Assembly: GCA_964439325.1 (NCBI GenBank)
Contig: CAYTNW010000005.1
Location: 100,592-164,591 of the forward strand
Reading direction: 5' to 3'
DNA from: an uncultured Leptospirales bacterium
GTDB taxonomy: Bacteria; Spirochaetota; UBA4802; UBA5550
DNA length: 64,000 bases
Numbering within the stretch: the stretch's first letter is position 1; every line of letters begins with the position of its first letter. Below the pieces are notes generated by a model. The model had not been told where the DNA came from. It searched no databases and saw only the letters and a program-made list of their open reading frames with translations. The position numbers and the translations under genes were made by a program. Positions 1 to 9,857 of the stretch are shown here, piece after piece.

Positions 1-131
1 TGTTCGGACAGTTTCTAGTTGTCAGAGATTACTTCCTGCTCCTTTTTCTGCCGGTACGCGTTCATGTTTATGAAAAGGAGGGGAGAGCGGCAGGGCTTGC
101 GACTTATCTGAAAAAAGGGAATACGGTAATT

Positions 132-353
132 ATGTGTCAGCATATTATATCTGACGATTTTGTACGTTCGGGTATTTTTTACAAACAGATGGATACCTGT
201 ATAGATTACGCGTTTAAGGAGCCGGGCGTGCGTTATCTCTCATGTTCAATAACCTCCCGCCAGGCAAAACAGACCAGCGGCTGTTATCCGATCAATTATC
301 TTCTTACCGATGAATACAGGCTAATTCCTTTCGGCAGATTGAACATAAGATAA
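132..353 (+). CDS. hypothetical small protein (weak call)
   Basis: ORF only; no recognisable motif; no clear RBS. Confidence 0.2.
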   Translation: MCQHIISDDFVRSGIFYKQMDTCIDYAFKEPGVRYLSCSITSRQAKQTSGCYPINYLLTDEYRLIPFGRLNIR

Positions 354-367
354 TTTTAGTTACATGC

Positions 368-668
368 CTATTTTTTCCCTGTGCCGGGTACAGGCTTGAT
401 TTCTGTTACTGAGGCTTTGCTGCCTGTTGCGCTGCGCTGCTTCTCTCTGTTCATCGAGGCTGTGACAAAAAGGAGCACAAGCAGAGTGATTATCATGCCT
501 GCTGCAATTACTCCAATGGCGAAGTAAACCTCGCTTCCGGGTCCAGGTTTTTTTCCGCTCGTCAGGGAGGTATAGTTCAGCTTGCCGCATTTTTTACATA
601 CAAAATATTCGCTAGATAATACTTCAAGTTCCTGCTCTTTGCAGTATTGACACTGCATATGTTCCTCC
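368..668 (-). CDS. zinc-ribbon (CxxC..CxxC) single-pass membrane protein; true start probably ATG near 668 rather than ORF-track 706
   Basis: MQCQYCKEQ...VCKKCGKL zinc ribbon followed by a hydrophobic TM segment; GGAGGA about 5 nt upstream of the internal ATG. Confidence 0.5.
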
Positions 669-1013
669 GGTCTTTCTTCTGACAGCCTTGATAAAAGCCC
701 ATCCATTGCTTTTTAAGTAAAAAGCTGAATATAAGATAATAAAATAAATAACAAAGGCAATCCGTCAAGCAAGTAAAAAAAGAACCGGAAATTTGCTAAA
801 ACATTAAAATAATGGTGACGATGATAATCTGAAAACTGCTGCAGCCCCCTGCACGGAATGTTGAAATTGCGGACAGATGCTCAGGGGTACAATTCAGGTT
901 TATCACAGCAATACCTGACTCTAAAAGGGAACTCTATAACTTTGTTGACGGATTATGTCATGGTTAATATATTTATAACATAATCTATCCTATGTAAAAA
1001 TAAGGAGTAATAA

Positions 1014-2039
1014 ATGAAACAGGTCTTTTATATTCTGCTGTTTATCTTTACCTATACTTCACTTTATGCGGAAACGAAGATTGAATTCATGCTGGGAGAT
1101 GTAAAAATTCAGTCTCAGGGTTCAGCAGCCTGGCAGAATGCTGTAAACGGCCGGGTGATCCGCGTCGGTGATACGATGCAGACAGGGAAGAAAAGTTTTG
1201 CAACAATAAATGCTGATGGCAACAGTATCAAGATCCAGGCGAACACAAAGGTGAAATTTACGCAGGATTTTATCGATAACAGGCAGCAGTCCTCCCTTGC
1301 TCTTTTCGGAGGTTCGGTAAACTGCAAGATGGACAAACTGAAGAAGAACAACAGCAGTTACAACGTCAGCACCGCATCGTCTGTCTGCGCCGTGCGCGGA
1401 ACCGAGTTTGACGTAGCGGCGTCCTCTGACGGTAAAACGATTTTACAGGTGACCGACGGAACCGTCGCTCTGAGCGGTACGTCAAAATCTGTCGATGTGT
1501 CGAAAAACCAGGAGTCATCGGTCAAAATCGGCGGAGAGCCTGAACCTGTGAAAATTATCAAACGTCAGGACTGGGAGAAGTGGGCCGAGGAGACAACCGG
1601 TGACGTCAAGGGTAAGGAGAAGGATATCATTGACGGATGTCTTGTCAAGATGCAGAAACTGGACTCGGATATAAAAAAGCTCGAAGATGAGAGCTCTGCC
1701 GAAAAGGCAACGTCCGATGATCTGAAAAAACAGTCCGCAGAGGCGAAAAAATCCGGAGACGAGCAGAAGGCAATGAATCTTGCAGGCGAAGCCGAGAAGC
1801 ATTTCAGAAAATCATCTTCGCTGCGTAATATAGCAAGCTATCAGTCTTCGAGAATGGAGCTCGTGAAAAATGTTGCGGATAACGCTTTCAACTCATCTGA
1901 GACAAAAAAAACGGTGAAGAAATCGTATGACCTGATAAATGCCATTTATGACAGGTACTTTGTTAAGTATATCAAACCTATTCTGGATTCCGCGAAACAG
2001 CGTCAGGAGATCATGGAAAACCAGAAGAAGAAAAAATAA
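1014..2039 (+). CDS. secreted FecR-domain protein with charged coiled-coil C-terminus
   Basis: N-terminal signal peptide; FecR-like beta-strand motifs (VRGTEFDV, GTVAL); K/E-rich C-terminal half. Confidence 0.6.
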   Translation: MKQVFYILLFIFTYTSLYAETKIEFMLGDVKIQSQGSAAWQNAVNGRVIRVGDTMQTGKKSFATINADGNSIKIQANTKVKFTQDFIDNRQQSSLALFGGSVNCKMDKLKKNNSSYNVSTASSVCAVRGTEFDVAASSDGKTILQVTDGTVALSGTSKSVDVSKNQESSVKIGGEPEPVKIIKRQDWEKWAEETTGDVKGKEKDIIDGCLVKMQKLDSDIKKLEDESSAEKATSDDLKKQSAEAKKSGDEQKAMNLAGEAEKHFRKSSSLRNIASYQSSRMELVKNVADNAFNSSETKKTVKKSYDLINAIYDRYFVKYIKPILDSAKQRQEIMENQKKKK

Positions 2040-2063
2040 TAAATTAAAATAAGGAGAAAAATC

Positions 2064-2462
2064 ATGAAAAAATTTTCAGTTATGGCGGCGATACTTGTTT
2101 TTGCATTGTCTTTTGCCGGCTGCAGTGAGGTGGACAAGCAGCAGAGTATAAAGGAGCGGATTGCCGCACTTCAGACAGCGATCAATGACCACAGTTACAC
2201 CGGATATATGTCATGCTTCGACAGCAGCGACAGTTACTGGGCCAGCTATACATCAGGGGATTTTAATTCAGATTATCCTACCGGAGTAACTTATACCTTT
2301 TCAAATATTGTAGTTGTCGGCAGTACTGCAACAGCCGATTCAACAAAATCGACAACAGGTTCAACAGTTTATACCAATACATTTGTTATGACAGAATCTG
2401 ACGATGAGTACTATATAAAAACCTGGACTGAAGACTCAAGCATCATTTTCCAGAAAAAGTAA
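2064..2462 (+). CDS. lipoprotein, unknown function
   Basis: Signal peptide with lipobox LSFAGC; AGGAG RBS. Confidence 0.6.
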   Translation: MKKFSVMAAILVFALSFAGCSEVDKQQSIKERIAALQTAINDHSYTGYMSCFDSSDSYWASYTSGDFNSDYPTGVTYTFSNIVVVGSTATADSTKSTTGSTVYTNTFVMTESDDEYYIKTWTEDSSIIFQKK

Positions 2463-2487
2463 CCTGAATAATTTGTAAGAAGTAAAA

Positions 2488-2520
2488 AAACCGCCGGCTC
2501 TGACCTCCTGCGGTTTTTTT
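2488..2520 (+). terminator. intrinsic terminator after lipoprotein gene
   Basis: GC stem ccgcCgg/ccgcAgg followed by a T9 run. Confidence 0.55.
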
Positions 2521-2749
2521 TATAAGCATGTATTAAATCGGGGCAGAGTGTCCGAATTTTGATCTAAACTGCCTGTGCAGTAACAGAAAAATAACACGGT
2601 TGGTAATGCTACGAAGTCCCGCTGTGTTATATGGAATGGCCGTTTTTTGAAAAAAATAAAAACAATTGACGTTTCAAATATTGTGTGCAGTTCATAATAT
2701 CCGTAAAATTGAATAAGTTTTTCCGGCTGAATACATACTGCGGGGGTCC

Positions 2750-3217
2750 ATGATGGCAACAATGGAGTTGTTCGAAAAGCTTTATACAGGGCTGGTAAAA
2801 TTCGACAGTTATCTTGGAATGGAGCTGAAGGTTCATCAGCCCGGTAAAATAACATACAATCTTCAGATAAAGGAACATCACCTGACATCACCCGACCAGT
2901 CTCATGGAGGCGTTATATCTGCAATGATGGATGCCGTTCTGGGCGTTACGGCCCTCTCGTGGGCTGCGTCAAACGATAACCTCTGTTCAACGGTGGAATT
3001 TAAAATCAACTATATCTCCACAGCAAAGCCTGGTGATGTCCTTGAAGGCACCGCCGAGATCGATTATGCCGGCAGCAGAACGATAACCGCCACCGGTTCT
3101 ATACGCGAGAAGACAACTGGAAGACTTATTGCAAAGGGGATGGGTACGTTTTCCCAGTACCCGATCTCAAAAAAACAGACGGTTCTTAATTCGCATTTTG
3201 AAAAGCTGAATAACTGA
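2750..3217 (+). CDS. PaaI/hotdog-fold thioesterase family protein
   Basis: HGGVISAMMDAVLG motif typical of PaaI-type thioesterases; about 150 aa. Confidence 0.7.
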   Translation: MMATMELFEKLYTGLVKFDSYLGMELKVHQPGKITYNLQIKEHHLTSPDQSHGGVISAMMDAVLGVTALSWAASNDNLCSTVEFKINYISTAKPGDVLEGTAEIDYAGSRTITATGSIREKTTGRLIAKGMGTFSQYPISKKQTVLNSHFEKLNN

Positions 3218-3544
3218 TCAGATATAAGTACGAAGTATATAAAAAACTCTCACCGCCCCGGGGAGATCGTTTAAAATACCTTATTAACTCGTCCGAAATA
3301 AACGCCTGTGTTAAAACCCGGCTGGATTATTATGCCGCGAAGGACATGGAGATACGTAATCGGTATATCACATCAGCAGTTTCCTTTTATTCATGAAACC
3401 GCTGAAAAGAAAGTTACTTGATTTTCGTTCCGGAATGAGTTACTATGTCTTGTTGTAAAAGATAATTTTTTCAGTAAATCTCATCTTTCAGCGTAAAATG
3501 CGCGGATAGAAACTGAATTATTTTTAAAAGGTCCAGGAGAACCA

Positions 3545-4468
3545 ATGAAGATCCCGACAAGTCTTGTAAACCTTGTTATTAAATCTCTCTCTGAATCGAT
3601 GAACGTCACAACAATGCAGACCCTTGCGCGGATATACCTGCACAACTATGACCTCTACAGAAAGACCGGTTTTCCGGAGAGCATTGCCATTCCCGGAAGA
3701 GACGCCGCGCGCCAGATTGTAACGGATATTAACCAGGAGGGGTATCTTATACAGTTCATTACCACTCTTTATGATATGCAGAATAACGGGTATATGGGGA
3801 AAAAGTATTCAATCTCCTCGATAAGGGATATCGTGAAAGGGGTCCTCGACCTCGGCTACGTATATGACACGCAGAACAGGTTCTTCGTGGAAGACCCCAG
3901 GGTACACAGGACAAAGAACTGGGGCATATTGATGGACGGAAAGGACTACCTTTTTACGTTTCTCCGCCTTGATATTGTCGGTAACACGCAGCTTGTGAAA
4001 AACTATGAGAAGGATTTAATAAAATCCGTTTATTCCGATGTGCGGCAGATGTTCGAAACGGGAGTGAACAGGTTCAACGGCCGCATCTGGAACTGGGAGG
4101 GTGACGGCGGACTGGCAGCGTTCTTTTTTTCCAATACAAATCTGGCAGCAACTCTTACGGGGCTTCAGTTTATCAATGATCTTTTTATCTATAACACGAT
4201 GGAGTGCAAACTTGACAGGCCAGTGGAGCTGCGGCTTGCGGTGCATACCGGAAGGTGCGAGTACAGGGAGAACGAGGAAGCACTTCTTAACAATGACATA
4301 ATCAGAAAAACAATGGCGATAGAAGCTGACTGCACAAAACCGAATTCCCTCACTGTAAGTAATGTCGTGTACATCACTCTGGGCAAGGAACTGGGAAGCA
4401 TCTTTCAGCCGGTTTCAGGAAGCAGGAGCGGCGGCCATTACTATTATGAACTGCGGTGGGAGAAATAG
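3545..4468 (+). CDS. class III nucleotidyl cyclase homology domain (CHD) protein, C1-like (both metal Asp present, Asn/Arg transition-state residues absent)
   Basis: FLRLDIVGNT (FADIVGFT-like), WEGDGGLAAF (GDG.MAVF-like), LRLAVHTGRCEY (RVGIHTG-like); DTVNLAAR position reads KTMAIEA. Confidence 0.5.
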   Translation: MKIPTSLVNLVIKSLSESMNVTTMQTLARIYLHNYDLYRKTGFPESIAIPGRDAARQIVTDINQEGYLIQFITTLYDMQNNGYMGKKYSISSIRDIVKGVLDLGYVYDTQNRFFVEDPRVHRTKNWGILMDGKDYLFTFLRLDIVGNTQLVKNYEKDLIKSVYSDVRQMFETGVNRFNGRIWNWEGDGGLAAFFFSNTNLAATLTGLQFINDLFIYNTMECKLDRPVELRLAVHTGRCEYRENEEALLNNDIIRKTMAIEADCTKPNSLTVSNVVYITLGKELGSIFQPVSGSRSGGHYYYELRWEK

Positions 4469-5449
4469 ATGAAAATAACAATATTTTCTGACAGAAAAAA
4501 TATCAGCAAACCATTTGAAAAACTCCTGAAGGCCAGGGGATGTTCTGTTAAATTCTCTCCTGTTAAAGATTTCTCCGCGGCTGTCAAAGCTTTCCATGCA
4601 GAAGACCTGTTCTATCTCGATATCTCATCCGTAAATGAGACCGACCGGAAAAAGTTTTATAACCTGATATATAAAACGAAAAACGCCAGGATCGGGATAA
4701 TCGATCCTGACAATTCAGTCGCAGATATCGCCGAACTGTTTCATAACGGAATTGCAGATTATATCGGTAAGGGAATTTTTTCTACAGGCATAACACTTAA
4801 ACGGATACAGAAAGTTTATGAGTACAGGCCGATCGACGGTGGCGATCCGGTCTGTGAGAAAGAGGATAACAGGGTGAGGAACTATATCCTTTCGGGAAAT
4901 GACTGGTCGCAGATAAATCCGGGGAAGGAGTACACGTTCTGTTTCATGTTCATCGAACTGGATAATTTCAGTGACATGAAGAAAACCGCCGGTGCGGAAA
5001 GAGCGCGCGTAATAACCGAAGCATTCCACAAGTTCATTGCACAGTACATATCCCCGATCAACGGCCGTATCTGGATGTGGATGGAGCACAGCGGCGTGAT
5101 ACTGTTCCCGTTCGACGGAAAGAACTGCGACGCGGTACTGGCTTCATTTAAACTGATGCTGAACAGGTACCTGATCAATATGATCGACCTGACGATGGAC
5201 TATTTTTATTCTTACCATATTGTTCTGCATATCGGCAATACCGTATACAGGGAGCGCGGTGAAACAGGGACAATAGTCTCGGACTCGATCAATTCGATAT
5301 TTCACCTGGGACAGAAGTACGCTGAAGACGGAAATTTTTATCTGACTGATGAAATGGAGCCTTACATACCGGCCGGTTTATGCGATTATTTCGTCTACTC
5401 CGGAGAATTCGAGGGGAGAAAACTTTTACGTATGAAGCACTTTGAGTGA
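4469..5449 (+). CDS. receiver-like domain + CHD protein, C2-like (Asn of DxxN retained, second metal Asp lost)
   Basis: Stop/start abut (TAG then ATG); N-terminal CheY-like segment (DLFYLDIS); FMFIELDNFSD, INGRIWMWMEHSG (GDG replaced), VLHIGNTVY, DSINSI motifs; paralogue of the upstream gene. Confidence 0.45.
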   Translation: MKITIFSDRKNISKPFEKLLKARGCSVKFSPVKDFSAAVKAFHAEDLFYLDISSVNETDRKKFYNLIYKTKNARIGIIDPDNSVADIAELFHNGIADYIGKGIFSTGITLKRIQKVYEYRPIDGGDPVCEKEDNRVRNYILSGNDWSQINPGKEYTFCFMFIELDNFSDMKKTAGAERARVITEAFHKFIAQYISPINGRIWMWMEHSGVILFPFDGKNCDAVLASFKLMLNRYLINMIDLTMDYFYSYHIVLHIGNTVYRERGETGTIVSDSINSIFHLGQKYAEDGNFYLTDEMEPYIPAGLCDYFVYSGEFEGRKLLRMKHFE

Positions 5450-5488
5450 CGGCTGGAATAAAAACAGATTAAAGCTTATTTTTTATTA

Positions 5489-6097
5489 TCAGATCTCAAA
5501 ATCATTCCGCTGATTCAGCAGTAGCCTGAAATTTTTTTCAGGATCGGCTCTTCCGGCCTTATCGTCATCAAAAACAGAACAGTCGCCGTTCGCTGTTACT
5601 TCGGTTTTGGTAAAAACCGTATACATATTACTGTCTGAAATATCTGTAACAGTAATTGTATTTCCGGAGACAGTTACATTTTCAGATCTGCTGTTGATAT
5701 TCCAGGAATTATAATAAATATGAGTAACAGGAATATACAGGTCTTCACAGTTAAAAACCGTATAAGCTCTATTACCTGTTTTTGATCCGTTGTCAATTAT
5801 ATTCACTCCTAAAAAAAAATCAAAATCTGGTGTAATATATGTATCTGTGTAAATGTACTCATCTGTACCATCGTTATCAAAATCAGCGCTGTTGGCCAGC
5901 AGCGGATATGTGTCGGTTTTATATTCTCCAATTGTGTCGCAATTACCTTCATCAATATCGTCCTGAGTGCATTTCCATACATCTGTTGTTACTTTCCATA
6001 CAGTGGCGGTATCTGAATTATCTTTGCATGAACTTATTGTAAACATCATCAATGCTGTCGCTGTGATGCAGAAGAGGCTTGGTATCAGTTTTTTCAT
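5489..6097 (-). CDS. lipoprotein, unknown function
   Basis: Signal peptide with lipobox ISSC; D/T/N-rich mature region. Confidence 0.55.
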   Translation of the reverse strand: MKKLIPSLFCITATALMMFTISSCKDNSDTATVWKVTTDVWKCTQDDIDEGNCDTIGEYKTDTYPLLANSADFDNDGTDEYIYTDTYITPDFDFFLGVNIIDNGSKTGNRAYTVFNCEDLYIPVTHIYYNSWNINSRSENVTVSGNTITVTDISDSNMYTVFTKTEVTANGDCSVFDDDKAGRADPEKNFRLLLNQRNDFEI

Positions 6098-6505
6098 AAA
6101 CTCTCCCAGGTTTTACAGGCTGTTGTTTTTGCTTTAAAATACCGGTTTATATTGATAAATATACAATTATAGTGCAATAAATTTTTAAAAAAAATATGTA
6201 ATTTTTTACAGTTTCTGGGTTTATATGAAAACGCAGGATTAACAGGTTTTAAATCATGCGGCAAAAAAATCATTCTGCCGGCAGCTTTTACAGCATAGGC
6301 TTTATGGAATTATTACGCTCTAAACATGGAATAATTTCTGCTGAATTCTGATAATATACTTGCATTTCAAAGTCGGAAGTATATATAATTTTGACACAAA
6401 TTATTCTGTAAGATGCTTGATCACAGCCAATAACGGGATTACTTTGGCAGCATGTTGTCTGTAAATAGATTACCGATAAGCATTCAACGGTCATGAATCA
6501 GAAAA

Positions 6506-7483
6506 TTGCAGGGGATTATGGCATTAAAAGAACAGAAAGTTGAGCTGCTCAGGAGGGTGGACCTGTTTTCCCAGCTTCGGGAGTACGAGCTCGATATTAT
6601 CGCCGATTACAGCGAATTTGTAAACTTTGAAAAGGGCGAGGCCATATTCAGCCAGGGCGCTGCGGCAGGTGAACTCTATGTAGTTGACAGCGGCCGGGTC
6701 GGTATTCTGAGCTTTGAGAAGGATGACGCAAGGATTGCACAGATTGCGGTCAATGAATCGTTCGGGGAATTCGATTTCCTTGGAAGGCTGAACAGGAGCG
6801 CCGCGGCCTTTGCAGAGGAGGATTCTCTTCTTCTCAAATTCCCCGCAGAGAGATATAACCTCGATAAACTGTTCCTTGACCATCACGTGATATTCGCCAG
6901 GCTTCTTTACAGGCTCCTCGGAGTTGTGTCGGAGAGGATTTGGAATGTCAACAAAATGCTATATGATAAAACCGAATGGCTGCAGGATTTGAGAAAACAG
7001 CTGTTATGCGATAAACTGACCGGTCTCTACAACCAGATATTTTTGAAAGAGGACTTTGTAAACCTTCTGCCGGCGATAGGCAAAAACGCAGCGCTGCTGA
7101 TGATTAAACCGGACAATTTTAAAATAATAAACGACGAATTCGGACACGAGGCCGGCGACCAGGTGCTCAATCTGATGGCGATATTTCTCCAGTCCGAGCT
7201 GCAGGAGGACGACATAGGGGTCAGGTTCAGGGGTGACGAATACGCCGCGATACTGATCGATACTGACAGGGATAAGGCGGCTATGCGTGCCGTTGATATG
7301 CGTACGACATTCTACAACATGGATCTGTCCGGCGTGACAGGAAAGCCCGATATAAGGGTCACTGTCAGCATTGGAATTGCGATGTATCCTGATGATGCTC
7401 ATAACAGCGCACAGCTCGTCAGCATTGCGCATGAAAAAATGATGACTGCCCGGGGCCAGGGGGGGGATAAAATAATACCATGA
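6506..7483 (+). CDS. cNMP-binding domain + degenerate GGDEF (RGDEY) protein
   Basis: CAP-type cNMP domain with FGEFDF...RSAA phosphate-binding cassette; GGDEF fold with signature RFRGDEYAAI (first Gly to Arg). Confidence 0.7.
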   Translation: MQGIMALKEQKVELLRRVDLFSQLREYELDIIADYSEFVNFEKGEAIFSQGAAAGELYVVDSGRVGILSFEKDDARIAQIAVNESFGEFDFLGRLNRSAAAFAEEDSLLLKFPAERYNLDKLFLDHHVIFARLLYRLLGVVSERIWNVNKMLYDKTEWLQDLRKQLLCDKLTGLYNQIFLKEDFVNLLPAIGKNAALLMIKPDNFKIINDEFGHEAGDQVLNLMAIFLQSELQEDDIGVRFRGDEYAAILIDTDRDKAAMRAVDMRTTFYNMDLSGVTGKPDIRVTVSIGIAMYPDDAHNSAQLVSIAHEKMMTARGQGGDKIIP

Positions 7484-7493
7484 AACGGGGAGC

Positions 7494-8459
7494 ATGATGC
7501 TGGAAATTTTAAATAAACTGGAACTTTTCTCCGGCTATGAAGAAAAAGATCTTGAAGTGCTGGAAAAGTTCTTCAGGGTGAAAAGCTACGGCCCGGGTGA
7601 AACAGTCATCACTCCCGGCGAAACCGGGAAAGAGCTTTTCATTGTAATCAGCGGTAAAATCCAGAGTACGCTTAAAATCCCGGGGAGCATTGACCGCAAG
7701 CATGTTGAGTACGCCGGCGGGGATTCGTTCGGCGAGCTGTCTGTTTTCGGTAAAAAGCCGGCGTTTGATTCATATATTTCCGTTGAAAAAAGCGAACTTC
7801 TCGTAATAGAAGAGAAGGATTTTCTGAAACTGATAGATTCCGCGCCGGAAAGATCGATCAGGCTTATATCAAATCTTCTAAGTCATATGATAATGAAGCT
7901 GAGGAAGTCGAGCGGATTTCTTGCCGATGTCGTGGAGTGGGGCGAGAAGGCAAGCAGGAGAGTCATAACCGATGAGCTGACCGGTTTATACAACCGTGCT
8001 TTTCTTGACGACGCGCTTGAGAACTTCTTCTATATATCAAAGAGCAATAACAAGCCGCTCTCTTTTCTGATGCTTGATACCGATAACTTCAGAAAGATCA
8101 ACGATCTCGTCGGCCTTGATGCCGGCAACAGCATACTGGTGGAATTCGCCGGTATAATAAGAAGAATAATCAGCCAGCACGGCATCATGGCGCGTTACGG
8201 CGGTGACGAGTTCTCGATACTTCTTCCGGAAACAGATCTGAACACTGCGGTAGAGATTGCAGAAAATATCCGGGAGGGGGTGGAAGCTTTTGATTTTTCA
8301 AAATATCTCCACGGGCATGATATAGCGATAACTACAAGCATCGGGATAAGTTCATATCCAGATACGGCATCTGACCTTGCTCTGTTCAAACAGAAGGCGG
8401 ATGAGTCGCTCTATAAGGCGAAGGAGTCCGGCAGAAACTGCGTAAGATGTATTGAGTAA
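7494..8459 (+). CDS. cNMP-binding-like domain + canonical GGDEF diguanylate cyclase
   Basis: FGELSVFG cNMP-fold motif lacking the Arg-Ser/Thr-Ala cassette (FDSY instead); RYGGDEFSILL active-site signature. Confidence 0.75.
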   Translation: MMLEILNKLELFSGYEEKDLEVLEKFFRVKSYGPGETVITPGETGKELFIVISGKIQSTLKIPGSIDRKHVEYAGGDSFGELSVFGKKPAFDSYISVEKSELLVIEEKDFLKLIDSAPERSIRLISNLLSHMIMKLRKSSGFLADVVEWGEKASRRVITDELTGLYNRAFLDDALENFFYISKSNNKPLSFLMLDTDNFRKINDLVGLDAGNSILVEFAGIIRRIISQHGIMARYGGDEFSILLPETDLNTAVEIAENIREGVEAFDFSKYLHGHDIAITTSIGISSYPDTASDLALFKQKADESLYKAKESGRNCVRCIE

Positions 8460-8479
8460 TACTCAAAGACCCCCTTTTT

Positions 8480-9544
8480 TTACAGCCTGATTATCTCTCC
8501 GCCATTGATGATCATAACGTCAGGATTTTCTTTTTTTATATATATCGCCGGGTATCCGGCCGGTTCATCCCCCAGTGTAAATGATCCCCAGTGGATCGGA
8601 ATCATCCTCCTGGCGCCAAGTTCGGCAAATCCGCGTACTGCTTCAGTTTCGTTCTGGTGGTTGTAATGCATCAGCCATCTCGGCTGGGACGCTCCCGATG
8701 ACATGAAGGCATAGTCTATGTCTTTGTACCTCGAGGCTATCTCCTTATATATGCCGGAGTAGCCTGTATCGCCGCAGATGAAATATTTTTTATCACCGGC
8801 CTCAATCAGAAACGATCCCCAGAGCGATTTGTTTATATCAAATGGGCCGCGTCTTGACCAGTGCTGCGACGGCAGAAACACGATTTTGACATCTTCAAAT
8901 ACGATCTCCTCCCACCAGTCGAGCTCTTTAAAATCTGTGCTCCGCATTTCGGTGAGAACGGATCCCAGCCCCTTGGGTATTATAAATTTTGTACCTTGCG
9001 GAAGGCTGATGATGCTCGTTTTGTCGAGGTGATCATAGTGGTTGTGGGTCAGGAGAATAATAACTTCACCCTTTATCTTTGACGCCTCGTCATAGCTCAG
9101 CGCCGATGGTACCCTCCGTTTTATCGAGAACTGAATATCTCCGAACACAGGATCGGTAATGAAAACTTTTCCCGATATTTTAATCAGAACAGAGGAGTGG
9201 CCTATCCATGTAAAAAAATTATCATTGCTGTTTATATAATCGGCGGTGAGGCTGCTGACAGCGGGAAGAAATTTTTCCTCCTCCTCTCTGTATGCGGGTC
9301 TGCCGGAGAAGCGCCATTTTAGCATTGTAAAAAAACCGATTTCCGGCATCGGTGTCCATGGATTGAAAAATTTACCATCCCTTTCGTGAGAGGAGTGTAG
9401 AAGCGACCTGTCAGTGCTGCTTTTGATCTTTTCCCACTCTGTTTCATCAAACTCACCCGTAGAGTCATTTGTTAATGCATAAAGAAAAGTCGTAGTGAAA
9501 ATTATAAATGCAATTAATAGATATAGTTTTTTTGCAGCAATCAT
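8480..9544 (-). CDS. secreted MBL-fold metallo-hydrolase (NAPE-PLD-like Zn hydrolase family)
   Basis: Signal peptide; HNHYDHLD metal-binding motif. Confidence 0.65.
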   Translation of the reverse strand: MIAAKKLYLLIAFIIFTTTFLYALTNDSTGEFDETEWEKIKSSTDRSLLHSSHERDGKFFNPWTPMPEIGFFTMLKWRFSGRPAYREEEEKFLPAVSSLTADYINSNDNFFTWIGHSSVLIKISGKVFITDPVFGDIQFSIKRRVPSALSYDEASKIKGEVIILLTHNHYDHLDKTSIISLPQGTKFIIPKGLGSVLTEMRSTDFKELDWWEEIVFEDVKIVFLPSQHWSRRGPFDINKSLWGSFLIEAGDKKYFICGDTGYSGIYKEIASRYKDIDYAFMSSGASQPRWLMHYNHQNETEAVRGFAELGARRMIPIHWGSFTLGDEPAGYPAIYIKKENPDVMIINGGEIIRL

Positions 9545-9699
9545 TGTTACCTCGGACTTTTGCAGTGATAATTAAAAGTACAGTTTTAATGTTGAATGTT
9601 TCAAAAAAAATGAAAATAATTTTTAATCCGGCAGTATAAATTTATAGCGATAATTTTTTGAACTTTAACATTTCACGAATGCATTTGTGTTTTATTCAG

Positions 9700-9782
9700 G
9701 TTTCGACTCCGCTCAACCAGAGATATACAGCGTTCCCTGAGCGGCCTGTACTGAGCGCAGCCGAAGTAAGTCGAAGGGCAAA
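9700..9782 (+). other. candidate structured RNA element in 5' region of MFS transporter gene
   Basis: Nested helices: ttcgact/agtcgaa enclosing ccgctca/tgagcgg; a T8 run lies 70 nt downstream. Confidence 0.2.
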
Positions 9783-9857
9783 ATATACGAATCATCACGT
9801 GGACAATAATAACAAATTAATTATTGACTTATACAGACAGAGTTTACAGGCTTTTTT

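Noticed and set aside
6288-6494. 68-aa minus-strand ORF in the AT-rich region upstream of the cNMP-GGDEF gene
   Set aside because: It sits in a promoter-like AT-rich intergenic region, has no RBS and junk composition.
9695-9722. tRNA-like T-arm/ACCA fragment (ggtttcgactccgctcaacca)
   Set aside because: The loop is 8 nt rather than 7, the flanks do not form a T-stem or acceptor stem, and no D-arm or anticodon arm can be built upstream. I treated it instead as part of a generic structured leader.
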